From: Gemmatimonadota bacterium
GTDB taxonomy: Bacteria > Gemmatimonadota > Gemmatimonadetes > Gemmatimonadales > GWC2-71-9
Length of the DNA: 52,205 bases
Assembly: GCA_041484445.1 (NCBI GenBank)
Contig: JBGPHP010000002.1
Span: 1 to 52,205, forward strand
Direction of reading: 5' to 3'
The notes under the pieces are model-generated. The model did no database searches. It had not been told where the DNA came from and worked only from the letters and a program-made list of their open reading frames with translations. Below, in pieces: positions 39,466-47,821 of this stretch (positions are counted from its first letter, which is position 1; every line of letters starts with the position of its first letter). The translations under genes were made by a program, and so were the position numbers.

Positions 39466-40416
39466 TCAGGAGCGTTCTCCGGGAGCGAACAGGAACAGGA
39501 GTCCGGGCATCGCCTCGACCACGGTCAGCCAGAGGCGGGAGGCGAGGGCCACCAGCCAGGCTTCCGGCGCGGTCATGAGGCCGAGATTCGTGAGGCTCGC
39601 CACCAGCATCGCTTCCCGAACCACGAGGCCGCCCGGGGCGAAGAGGGCCAGATACCCGACGAGATACGAGCCCGTGTAACTTGCGATGTAGAAGGACGTT
39701 GCGCCAGCTGTATGTGGTACGAGCGCGGCGCAGAACAGCCGGAACGCCACTCCATACAGCACCCAGGCGACCGCGGTCCCGATGGCGGCGAGCCACACGG
39801 CGCGCGCCGGCAGACGGGGCAGCACCACTCGCTGCCGAGTGAGCCGGGCGATCAAGGGCGCCGCCCAGGCGAAGGCGACGGGCAGGAGCAGAAGACCGGC
39901 GGCCAGAATCGCGGCGACGAGGATCCCGGCGCGCGGCCCCGCGTCGGCGAAGGACCGGAACACGGCTGCTCCGGTCGCGAGCACGACGACGAATCCCGAC
40001 GCGACGTTGGCGAGGTTTACTACGAGCGAAGACCCTGCGGCTGCGACCGGGGATACACCGCGACGCTGCGCCATGATGCCCATCGTGGCGATCTGCCATA
40101 CCTTGCCCGGCACGTAGCGGCCGAGGTTCGACACAAACCAGATGCGCGTCCCCTGCCAGGAGCTGAGCCGCCCACCCTGCCCCCAGGCGGCCAGCATGCC
40201 CCGCCAGATCTGGATGAGCACGGCGTAGGCGATCAGGACCGGGACATACGACAGGAGGATCACGCCCCAGGCGGGATGCGCCGCCACGAGCAGCGCGCGC
40301 ACGCCGGCCCATTGCCCCACCAGCTGCCGCCCGGCGAACCACAGCACGGCGGCGACGAACAGGACCTGGAGGGCGATCCAGACGGGCTTACGCGGCATGG
40401 CCGGCCTGGGCGTCAC
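39466..40416 (-). CDS. Flippase-like membrane protein (lysyl-phosphatidylglycerol synthase TM-region / UPF0104 family)
   Basis: 316 aa with about 8 TM segments. The motif SNLGRYVPGKVW is typical of the LPG_synthase_TM family. The start overlaps the GT4 stop. Confidence 0.6.
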   Translation of the reverse strand: MTPRPAMPRKPVWIALQVLFVAAVLWFAGRQLVGQWAGVRALLVAAHPAWGVILLSYVPVLIAYAVLIQIWRGMLAAWGQGGRLSSWQGTRIWFVSNLGRYVPGKVWQIATMGIMAQRRGVSPVAAAGSSLVVNLANVASGFVVVLATGAAVFRSFADAGPRAGILVAAILAAGLLLLPVAFAWAAPLIARLTRQRVVLPRLPARAVWLAAIGTAVAWVLYGVAFRLFCAALVPHTAGATSFYIASYTGSYLVGYLALFAPGGLVVREAMLVASLTNLGLMTAPEAWLVALASRLWLTVVEAMPGLLFLFAPGERS

Positions 40417-41570
40417 GCCAAGACACTACGATAGATCCCGGCATAGCGGGCGGCGACGGCGTCGGGGCCGAAAGTGGCGAGCATCGCCTGCCGTCCCGCC
40501 GCGCCCAGACCGGCGCCGCGGTCGGGGCGGGTCAGGAGGTCGTCCAACGCTCGCGCCAGCGCCGAGTCGTCGCCCGGAGGAACGAGCAGGCCGGTGCGAC
40601 CGTCCACGACGAGATCGGTCAGTCCTCCGGAGGCGAAGGCGACCACCGGTGTCTCGCACAGCAGCGCTTCCGCGGCGACCAGGCCCAGCCCTTCCTCGAC
40701 CGCGGGCATGACGAGCGCCGTACAGGCGCGATAGCGGTCGGCCAGCTCGGACTGCGGCAGCAACGGGAACCAGCGCAGCCGGTCGGCGACGCCGAGCGAC
40801 CGCGCCAGCTCCGACATGTCGGCCGGAGCGCTGCCGACCCCGACGACCACGTCGACCGTGGGGCGCGCCCGCATCAACGCGAGCGCCCGCAACAGATGCT
40901 CGATTCCCTTCTGCGCATTGAGCTTGCCAACGAACAGCAGCGTGTCCGGCGCGCGGGGACCCCCGGGATGGAACAGATCCGGCTGGATGGGCATCGGCGC
41001 GACGATCGGGCGAACCGCCGGCGCGATCGCGCCGGTCTCCGCCGCGAGCCAGCTGGAGACGGTCGTCACGGCGTCGGCGCGGGTCAGCACTCGGCGGAAC
41101 AGCGCCGCGCCCGGGCGCGACCCGCGGACCAGGCGCACGTCCGAGCCGTGCATCGTGATCACCAACGGGACGCGCCACCAGCGGCGCAGCCAGGTGCCGA
41201 CCATGCCACCGGGAAACCACCAGTGGGCATGCACCAGGTCGGCGCGGAAGTCGCTCCGCATGCGCAGCGCCTTCGCGAACTCCGCCGCCATGAGCGACCC
41301 CAGGGCCGCTTTGGCGGCCCACGATCCGCGCACCTGGTCGCGCATCGTGCCGGTGTAGGCCAGCGTTTCGAACCGTGCTGGGGCGTAGCGAAACCGCTCG
41401 ACCACGACGCCTTCGTAGTCCTCCCGTTTGGCCAACCCCGGGGCGGCTGGTGTGATCACTCGCGTGTCGACGTCCTGCCCGCGGAGCGCCACCGCGAGAC
41501 GGAGGACGAAGGAGCCGACCGGGTCGGTGGGAAACCGAGGATAGGAATGAGAGAGGAATAGCACCTTCAT
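40413..41570 (-). CDS. Family 4 (GT-B) glycosyltransferase
   Basis: MKVLFLSHSYP...HAHWWFPGG...GKLNAQKGIEHLL...PAVEEGLGLVAAEALLCETPVVA (E-x7-E region). 385 aa. Confidence 0.8.
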   Translation of the reverse strand: MKVLFLSHSYPRFPTDPVGSFVLRLAVALRGQDVDTRVITPAAPGLAKREDYEGVVVERFRYAPARFETLAYTGTMRDQVRGSWAAKAALGSLMAAEFAKALRMRSDFRADLVHAHWWFPGGMVGTWLRRWWRVPLVITMHGSDVRLVRGSRPGAALFRRVLTRADAVTTVSSWLAAETGAIAPAVRPIVAPMPIQPDLFHPGGPRAPDTLLFVGKLNAQKGIEHLLRALALMRARPTVDVVVGVGSAPADMSELARSLGVADRLRWFPLLPQSELADRYRACTALVMPAVEEGLGLVAAEALLCETPVVAFASGGLTDLVVDGRTGLLVPPGDDSALARALDDLLTRPDRGAGLGAAGRQAMLATFGPDAVAARYAGIYRSVLA

Positions 41571-42976
41571 CTGGCGGGCTCTTCGAGCGGGACCGCGCTC
41601 TTGTTTTCAAGCTCCACTCGGCCGTCCGGCGCCACCCGCACGATGCGGAGCCCGGCACGGGCCTCGCGCCAGCGGACCAGCTCGTCGAGCGTCCCCACGA
41701 AGGGATCGCCAGCCAGCAGACCGTCCAGCAGCCGGGCGTAGGCCGCGGGGGCATCCGGGAACCCGAGCGCCGGGATGAGATTGGGGTGCCAGACGCCGAC
41801 CCAGAGGCCTTCGACGCTGCGACACGCGCTCGCCAGCTCGAGGGCATCGGTCACCCAGGCCGCGGGGTCCTCCACGTCGCGATACTTGCTCAACGCGCGA
41901 TCCATCCAGGCAAACGGAACCTCCGCGAGCGGACTCCCCTGCCCCTCCGCATGCCACGCAGGCACCACGTCGCACACGCCGAGCCGGAACCCGTTGCGGT
42001 CTGCGAAACCGGCGGTGCTGTCGTAGCGGAACCCGGCCACGCGCATGCCGCGCGGCGTGCGGTCGGGGTCGAAGCGCAGGAAGTGCTGCCGGACCCCCTC
42101 CACCTCGCGCGCCACGAGTCCCGCCAGCCGGCGCCGCTGCGCGGTGAACCTCTCTCCTGCCGGCTCCGTCAGCGTGGCGAAGCTGCCGTGGAGTCCGATG
42201 GCGTGACCATCCCGCAGCACGTCGGCGAGCACGGCGCGCGCCGTCGCTGCTTCCGCGCGGTAGGTCAGATCACCGGCGAGAAACGTCCGCCAGGAGGGCG
42301 TGCCGCACAGGATGAACCAGGTCGAATGGACGCCGCGGGCGCGCTCCGTCTCCAGCAGCGCACCGATGCCCCGGTATACGGGGCTCCTCCCGATCGCGCC
42401 GATGGCCGCCACCCCGGCGCGAGCGGCCCGGCCCCAGGCTCTCTTTCGCGCCAGCTCGGCGAGGCGCAGCGCCGTGAACGCCGGCCACCACTCCACCACG
42501 TCGAGGTCGTGGGTGACGGCGACGGCCCAGCGGCGCCCATCGGGCCAGGGCGCCGCCAGGCGGAGCGGCCGGCGGCCGGCGGCGGCGCACGCGGCCGCGC
42601 GAAGCGCCGCCGCCGCGCGGCTCACGATGGGCTCCCGCTCCAGCCCTTCGGCCACGATCGCGTTCTCGGTCGACGGCACGCGTCCGAACCGGTCGCGCGC
42701 CGACGCCGCACGCTCGCGGGCGGCGTCCACCACGTCGCCCACCAGGCGCAGGGCGGTGCGGGCGACGTGGACCACCCCGTCACCGGGGGCGATTCCCCAC
42801 CCGCCGTCGCGCCAGCTCCGCAGGGTGTCGAAGCGCGACGGACGGTCGGTGAGATCGATCGTGACGACGTCGGCGGCGGCGTCGGCAACGGGGATGAGGC
42901 GGGCGAGATCGGTGAGGAGGGTGAGGGCGCGTCGGTCCGGGGCGCTCAGCGTGCCGGTGCCGGGCAGTCGAATCAT
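41567..42976 (-). CDS. Polysaccharide deacetylase-like (CE4/NodB-like) protein with an unrecognised ~170-aa N-terminal domain
   Basis: 469 aa. WAVAVTHDLDVV, HSTWFIL and IGLHGSF resemble NodB-type metal-binding and catalytic motifs. The call is tentative. Confidence 0.45.
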   Translation of the reverse strand: MIRLPGTGTLSAPDRRALTLLTDLARLIPVADAAADVVTIDLTDRPSRFDTLRSWRDGGWGIAPGDGVVHVARTALRLVGDVVDAARERAASARDRFGRVPSTENAIVAEGLEREPIVSRAAAALRAAACAAAGRRPLRLAAPWPDGRRWAVAVTHDLDVVEWWPAFTALRLAELARKRAWGRAARAGVAAIGAIGRSPVYRGIGALLETERARGVHSTWFILCGTPSWRTFLAGDLTYRAEAATARAVLADVLRDGHAIGLHGSFATLTEPAGERFTAQRRRLAGLVAREVEGVRQHFLRFDPDRTPRGMRVAGFRYDSTAGFADRNGFRLGVCDVVPAWHAEGQGSPLAEVPFAWMDRALSKYRDVEDPAAWVTDALELASACRSVEGLWVGVWHPNLIPALGFPDAPAAYARLLDGLLAGDPFVGTLDELVRWREARAGLRIVRVAPDGRVELENKSAVPLEEPAR

Positions 42977-43035
42977 GGGCGTGTATCATACACCGGCCGC
43001 GCGGGCGCTGGTAGCGCATCGTATCTTGTCTGCTC

Positions 43036-44088
43036 ATGGGACAACCCCTCCTTCCCAAAGCACGTCTGCCGCTGGGCCACCTGCTGGTGTTCGGTTGGAT
43101 GCCGAGCGCGTTGAAGCGGCTCGCCTACCGCTGGCTTCTGGGTTACCGCATCGGCAAGGGCGTGAAGTTCGGCCTGGGCGGCGTGGTCATCGGGAAATCG
43201 GTCGAGCTGAGCGATCATGTCGAGATCGGCATGTTCGCGATCGTGATGGGGCGCGAGATCCGGATCGGCCGGCATTCGAGCGTCGGCACGATGAGCTACG
43301 TATCGTGCCGGGTGATCGAAATCGGCGAGGACGCGAAGATCCGTGAGCAGGTGTACGTCGGCGGCCCGCAGCTCCCCGAATCGCGCTTCTCGCTCGGCAG
43401 CCGCACGATCATCCTCCAGATGGCGAACATCAACCCGACGAAACCCGTGGTGATCGGCGACGATACCGGGATCGGCGGACATTGCCTCATTTTCACCCAC
43501 GGGGCGTGGCTCAGCAATCTCGAGGGGTACCCCGTGACTTACGAGCCGGTGACGCTGGGCAAGAGCGTCTGGCTGCCGTGGCGGGTGTTCCTGATGCCGG
43601 GCACCACGATCGGGGACGGCTCGGTGATCGGGGCTAATTCCCTGGTGAGCGGGACGATCCCGCCGTACAGCCTCGCGGTCGGCTCTCCGGCGAAGGTGGT
43701 CCGCAGCGCTCCGGACTTCCCCAGACGGTTGAGCGACGCCGACCGATCGAAGCTCGTAGCGGAGATGCTTGCCGAGTTCGACCGGTTCGTGGCCGACGAT
43801 CAGGTGAGCGTCAGCGCCGACGGCGACTCGCGCATCTATGCCTACCGTGGGCGCGTCTCGCGGCTGCATTGGTGGCGTGGCGAGGGTCCGCCCCCGGCGG
43901 TCGTGCGCGGGGAGACGGTGCTGGCGGAACGGGCGTTGCCTGCTGAAACGCTCGTCGAGTACCGGGCGCGCGGCGCTTCCTGGCTCGACCTCGGGGCCAA
44001 GACGCGCAGCGCAGACGGTTCGCCGCTCGCCGAGGAGCTGGCGCTGTTTCTGGGGCGCTACGGCATCCGGTTGAAGCGCGATCGTTGA
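43036..44088 (+). CDS. Left-handed beta-helix (hexapeptide) acyl/acetyltransferase with ~130-aa C-terminal extension
   Basis: Hexapeptide repeats (IGKGVKFG..VVIGKSVEL..VEIG...IGDDTGIGGHCLIF...IGDGSVIGANSLV). This is the only + strand CDS right of 35.5 kb. It is divergent from the CE4-like gene. Confidence 0.75.
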   Translation: MGQPLLPKARLPLGHLLVFGWMPSALKRLAYRWLLGYRIGKGVKFGLGGVVIGKSVELSDHVEIGMFAIVMGREIRIGRHSSVGTMSYVSCRVIEIGEDAKIREQVYVGGPQLPESRFSLGSRTIILQMANINPTKPVVIGDDTGIGGHCLIFTHGAWLSNLEGYPVTYEPVTLGKSVWLPWRVFLMPGTTIGDGSVIGANSLVSGTIPPYSLAVGSPAKVVRSAPDFPRRLSDADRSKLVAEMLAEFDRFVADDQVSVSADGDSRIYAYRGRVSRLHWWRGEGPPPAVVRGETVLAERALPAETLVEYRARGASWLDLGAKTRSADGSPLAEELALFLGRYGIRLKRDR

Positions 44089-44181
44089 ACTCTATTGCAG
44101 GAAGATCACCCACCCGGCGCCATTCGTCACCACGGCCGTCCCACCGTCCGGACTAAACGCCACATTGCGCGGCGACCAGCC

Positions 44182-45180
44182 TCACGCTTTTGGCGAAACG
44201 CGTATGTTGGCCTGATGTGTTCGTCGCTGGACTTCCTCGTCCTGCAGGTGCTCGATCTCCCGTTGCAGTGCCCGGATCTCTTCCCGCTGCCCCGCCACCA
44301 GCTCACCCACGAACCCGAACCCGAACAGGATCAGGCCGGCGATCACGAGCAGCAGCACCAGATATAGGAACGCACGGTTGCCTTGCTGGTAGCCGTATCG
44401 CTGTACGATCTCCCACACCCCGACCAGGAAGCCGAGCAACACGAGGAACGCCCCGGTCACTCCGAAGAACAGCATCGGCTTGCGCCCGAATCGCAGCTGG
44501 AACCACACCGACAGGAGGTCGAGTACGCCCACAGGGATGCGGCCGATGCCGAACTTGGATTTGCCCGCACGCCGGGGGTGCAGCGGCACCGGGCGCTCGG
44601 TGAGCCGGAACCCCTGCCCTGCGGCGATCACGACCATGAATCGATGCCAGTCGGGTCGCATCGGGATCACGTCCATGACCTCCCGCCGGTACGCCTTCAC
44701 CGAATTCAGGTCGGTGACGCGGACACCGAACAGCCAGCGGCACAGCCGGTTGTACACGGCGGAGACGAACCGCTTGTCGTAATGGCCCTGCTTCGCGCCG
44801 GTCGCGATATCGGCCTCATCGGCCAGCACGGGCGCCACAAGCGTAGGGATGTCGGAGGGGAGGTACTGCAGGTCGGCGGGCCAGAAGACGAGGATCCGGC
44901 CCGCTGCGGCCTCCGCCCCGCTGCGCAGCGCGTCGGCGATCCCCCGTTGGGAGCGATGGGTGAGCACCTTGAGAAACGGGTGCTGTGCCGCGAGCCGGCG
45001 CAGCACGTCGGGCGTGTCGTCGCGGCTGCCGTCGTCGATCACCACCAGCTCGCACGTGTAGGGCTGGGGCAGCAGCGCTTCCCGCACCAGGCGCACCAGC
45101 TCCGGCAGATTCTCCGCCTCGTCCTTGGCCGGGACGAGGACGCTCACGTCGGGCCGGGCGGTGCCGGTGGCGAGGCTCAC
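44182..45180 (-). CDS. GtrB/ArnC-like polyprenyl-phosphate glycosyltransferase (GT2 with two C-terminal TM helices)
   Basis: VSVLVPAKDEAENL..VIDDGSRDDT..DLQY..KAYRR.., then TM helices FFGVTGAFLVLLGFLVGVW and LYLVLLLVIAGLILFGFGFVG. The GTG start overlaps the rpoN stop (GTGA). Confidence 0.8.
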   Translation of the reverse strand: MSLATGTARPDVSVLVPAKDEAENLPELVRLVREALLPQPYTCELVVIDDGSRDDTPDVLRRLAAQHPFLKVLTHRSQRGIADALRSGAEAAAGRILVFWPADLQYLPSDIPTLVAPVLADEADIATGAKQGHYDKRFVSAVYNRLCRWLFGVRVTDLNSVKAYRREVMDVIPMRPDWHRFMVVIAAGQGFRLTERPVPLHPRRAGKSKFGIGRIPVGVLDLLSVWFQLRFGRKPMLFFGVTGAFLVLLGFLVGVWEIVQRYGYQQGNRAFLYLVLLLVIAGLILFGFGFVGELVAGQREEIRALQREIEHLQDEEVQRRTHQANIRVSPKA

Positions 45181-46643
45181 AGCCGCCGCCGCATGCGCGC
45201 GGGAAGGATGTTGAGCTGGTCGCGGTACTTGGCGACCGTCCGGCGTGCGATGCGCACGCCCTTGTTCCCGAACAGCTCGACGATCTGCTGGTCGGTGAGG
45301 GGGTCTTTCGGATCCTCGTCGGCCACCATCTTCTGGATCTGCGCCTTGATGGAGCGGGCGCTCGCGTCCTCGCCGGTCGAGGTCTGGAGGCCGCTCGAGA
45401 AGAAGAACTTGAGGGGCAACAGGCCGCGCGGCGTCTGGACGTACTTCTCGTTTGTCACCCGGCTCACGGTACTCTCGTGCATGCTGATGACGTCGGCGAC
45501 CTCGCGCAGCGTCAGGGGCCGCAGGTACTCGACGCCCTTCTCGAAGAACTCACGCTGCCGGTCCACGATGAAGTTCATGACCTTGAGCATCGTCTGCCGG
45601 CGCTGCTCGATCGCCTGGATCATCCAGTGGGCGCTGTTCAACCGCTGGTTGATGAAGTCCTTGTTCTCGCCCTTGAACTGCTTGCGGTCGCGCGCGATGT
45701 CCTGGTAGGTCTTCGAAATGCGCAGCCGCGGCAGTCCGCCGTCGTTGAGCGTCACGTGGTAGGCATCGCCGATCTTCTCCACGGTGAGATCGGGGATGAT
45801 GTAGGTGTCGTTCGCGGCAGCGTACTGCAGGCCGGGCTTGGGGTCGAGCTTCGCGAGGACGTCGGCCACGCGCTGCACCTCGGCCGGCTCGATGCCGAAG
45901 CGTTTACCGAGGTCCGACCAGCGGTGGTTCTTGAGGTCTTCCCACGCGTCCTTCACCAGCCGGTAGGCGAGGGTGTCGGTCTGTTTCTTGTCTTCGAGCT
46001 GGAGCAACAGGCACTCGCGCAGGTCGCGGGCGCCCACCCCGGGCGGATCGAGGGTCTGGATGATCCGCAGCATCTCCTCGGCCTCGGCCGGCGTATAGAG
46101 CTGTACCTCGGCGTCCCCGTCCCGGTGCTCCGCGAAGTCCTCGAGCATCTTGTTCGCGCCGGTGATGATCTCCTCCAGCGTCGCCCCGAGGTAGCCGTCC
46201 TCGGCGATGTTGCCGAGGAACTCCTCGGCGAGCAGCCGCTGGCGGGGCGAGAGGTCCAGCATCTGGACCTGGTCCTTGAGATGGTCCGAGAGGTCGCGCG
46301 CCTCGACTGAGACGGGCTCGACGTACTCGCGGGCTTCGGAGAGGTCGCGGCGCCCCGCCATCGCTTCGGCGCCGTCGTCGAGGAGGATGTCCTCCCAGTT
46401 GGGCTCGTCGTCGCCTTGCTTCTCCTTCTCCATCTTCTCTTTTTCGGCGGTCGTGCTTTGCGACTCCTCGGGCTCTTCCTCGGTCTCCACCATTTCCAGG
46501 AACGGGTTGCCGAGCAGCTCCTGCTTGAGGTGCTGTTGCAGGTCGAGGAGCGGCATGTACAGCAGATCCATCGCCTGGAACAGGCGTGGATTGATGCGCA
46601 GGTCCTGCCGCATCCCGACGTGTTGTTGCAGGCCGGGCTTCAC
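45177..46643 (-). CDS. rpoN: RNA polymerase sigma-54 factor RpoN
   Basis: Region [30 protein letters not shown], an acidic region II, a core-binding region, an HTH and an RpoN box ([12 protein letters not shown]). 488 aa. Confidence 0.95.
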   Translation of the reverse strand: MKPGLQQHVGMRQDLRINPRLFQAMDLLYMPLLDLQQHLKQELLGNPFLEMVETEEEPEESQSTTAEKEKMEKEKQGDDEPNWEDILLDDGAEAMAGRRDLSEAREYVEPVSVEARDLSDHLKDQVQMLDLSPRQRLLAEEFLGNIAEDGYLGATLEEIITGANKMLEDFAEHRDGDAEVQLYTPAEAEEMLRIIQTLDPPGVGARDLRECLLLQLEDKKQTDTLAYRLVKDAWEDLKNHRWSDLGKRFGIEPAEVQRVADVLAKLDPKPGLQYAAANDTYIIPDLTVEKIGDAYHVTLNDGGLPRLRISKTYQDIARDRKQFKGENKDFINQRLNSAHWMIQAIEQRRQTMLKVMNFIVDRQREFFEKGVEYLRPLTLREVADVISMHESTVSRVTNEKYVQTPRGLLPLKFFFSSGLQTSTGEDASARSIKAQIQKMVADEDPKDPLTDQQIVELFGNKGVRIARRTVAKYRDQLNILPARMRRRL

Positions 46644-47821
46644 GCGGCCTGCCCCAGCCGGGCGCGGAGCCGGGCCGTGAGAGTGGGTCCCAGGTAGCGA
46701 TGGGCCACCTGGTCGTCGAACACCAGCTCGCGCACCGTCCCCGACACCTGGACCCGGCCTTCGAACATGATGTAGGCCCGATCCACGATGTCGAGCGTCT
46801 GCTCCACGTTGTGATCGGTGATCAGGACCCCGATACCCCGCTGGCGCAAGCCCGCGACGATAGTCTGGATGTCGTGTACGGCGATGGGATCCACCCCGGC
46901 AAACGGTTCGTCGAGCAGCAGAAACTTCGGCTCGGTCACCAGCGCCCGGGTGATCTCGAGCCGGCGTCGCTCGCCGCCGGAGAGCTGGTAGGCCTTCTGG
47001 CGCCGCAGGTGCTTGACCCCCAGCTCATCGAGCAGACGCTCCAGCCGGGCGGCGCGCTCGGTGGCATCGATCGGCAGGGTCTCGAGAATCGCGAGAACAT
47101 TCTGCTCCACGGTCAGCTTGCGGAAGATCGAAGGCTCCTGTGCGAGATACCCGAGCCCGGCGCGCGACCGGCGGTACATGGGCTCGGCCGTGATGTCTTG
47201 GCCGTCCAGGTGAATGGTGCCCTGCTCCGGCCGGATGAGCCCCGTGAACATGTAGAACACAGTGGTCTTGCCTGCACCGTTGGGTCCCAAGAGGCCGACG
47301 ATCTCGCCCTGCTGCAGCTGGATGCTCACATCGTCCACCACCCGGCGCCCTTTGTACGCCTTGACGAGCCCTGCGCTTTCGATCCGGCTCCCTTGCCGCG
47401 CGACGGCCGAAACGGTGGCCCCGGTCGTTTCGGCCCGCTCCAGCGTTGCCGTGGCGGCCGCGACCAGCCGGTCGATCGTCGCGGGGCGATCCGCCGCGAG
47501 CCCCGGCGAGAGCTCGGTGGTGACCGCGACCAGGGCGTCGTCGCGCCATTCCGTGGGGAGGGTGACGATGTGATCGAGCGCGAGCCGAGGCAGCACTGAG
47601 TCGCGGAGGTATTCACGCGCCTCGTCCACCGAGAGACTCCCCGATTCCTCTGGCGCCGTTCCATGCACGCGCGCACGGACCTGGAGGAATTTCTCGCGGT
47701 AGGCCACGGCGAGAGCGCCGAACGGGGCGTGTCCGGACTCGTCGGCCACCTGGACGAGCGCGGCGACGGCGAGCGGCAGCGAGGAGTCCCGGGCGGCGAG
47801 CAGCGTCTCGAGACGTGTCAC
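46640..47821 (-). CDS. lptB: LPS export ABC transporter ATPase LptB with a 144-residue N-terminal extension of unknown function
   Basis: The ABC core spans 46643-47389 ([56 protein letters not shown]). The in-frame GTG at 47821 overlaps the lptA stop (GTGA). The nearest alternative canonical start (GTG 47596) still leaves 69 extra residues. Confidence 0.85.
   Translation of the reverse strand: MTRLETLLAARDSSLPLAVAALVQVADESGHAPFGALAVAYREKFLQVRARVHGTAPEESGSLSVDEAREYLRDSVLPRLALDHIVTLPTEWRDDALVAVTTELSPGLAADRPATIDRLVAAATATLERAETTGATVSAVARQGSRIESAGLVKAYKGRRVVDDVSIQLQQGEIVGLLGPNGAGKTTVFYMFTGLIRPEQGTIHLDGQDITAEPMYRRSRAGLGYLAQEPSIFRKLTVEQNVLAILETLPIDATERAARLERLLDELGVKHLRRQKAYQLSGGERRRLEITRALVTEPKFLLLDEPFAGVDPIAVHDIQTIVAGLRQRGIGVLITDHNVEQTLDIVDRAYIMFEGRVQVSGTVRELVFDDQVAHRYLGPTLTARLRARLGQAA

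Noticed and set aside
37106-40342. The 1078-aa ORF taken at face value as one giant protein.
   Set aside because: Its first ~300 residues are Arg/Ala/Gly/Pro-rich junk. They overlap, in another frame, a well-formed membrane protein gene (39466-40416). Membrane-protein-like sequence begins only after the GTG at 39439.
40413-41570. The GT4 glycosyltransferase as BshA, with the CE4-like protein as a BshB substitute, which would complete the bacillithiol pathway with bshC.
   Set aside because: The N-terminus does not resemble BshA. BshB belongs to the LmbE family, not CE4. The genes are 25 kb from bshC on the other strand and are embedded in a membrane glycosylation operon.
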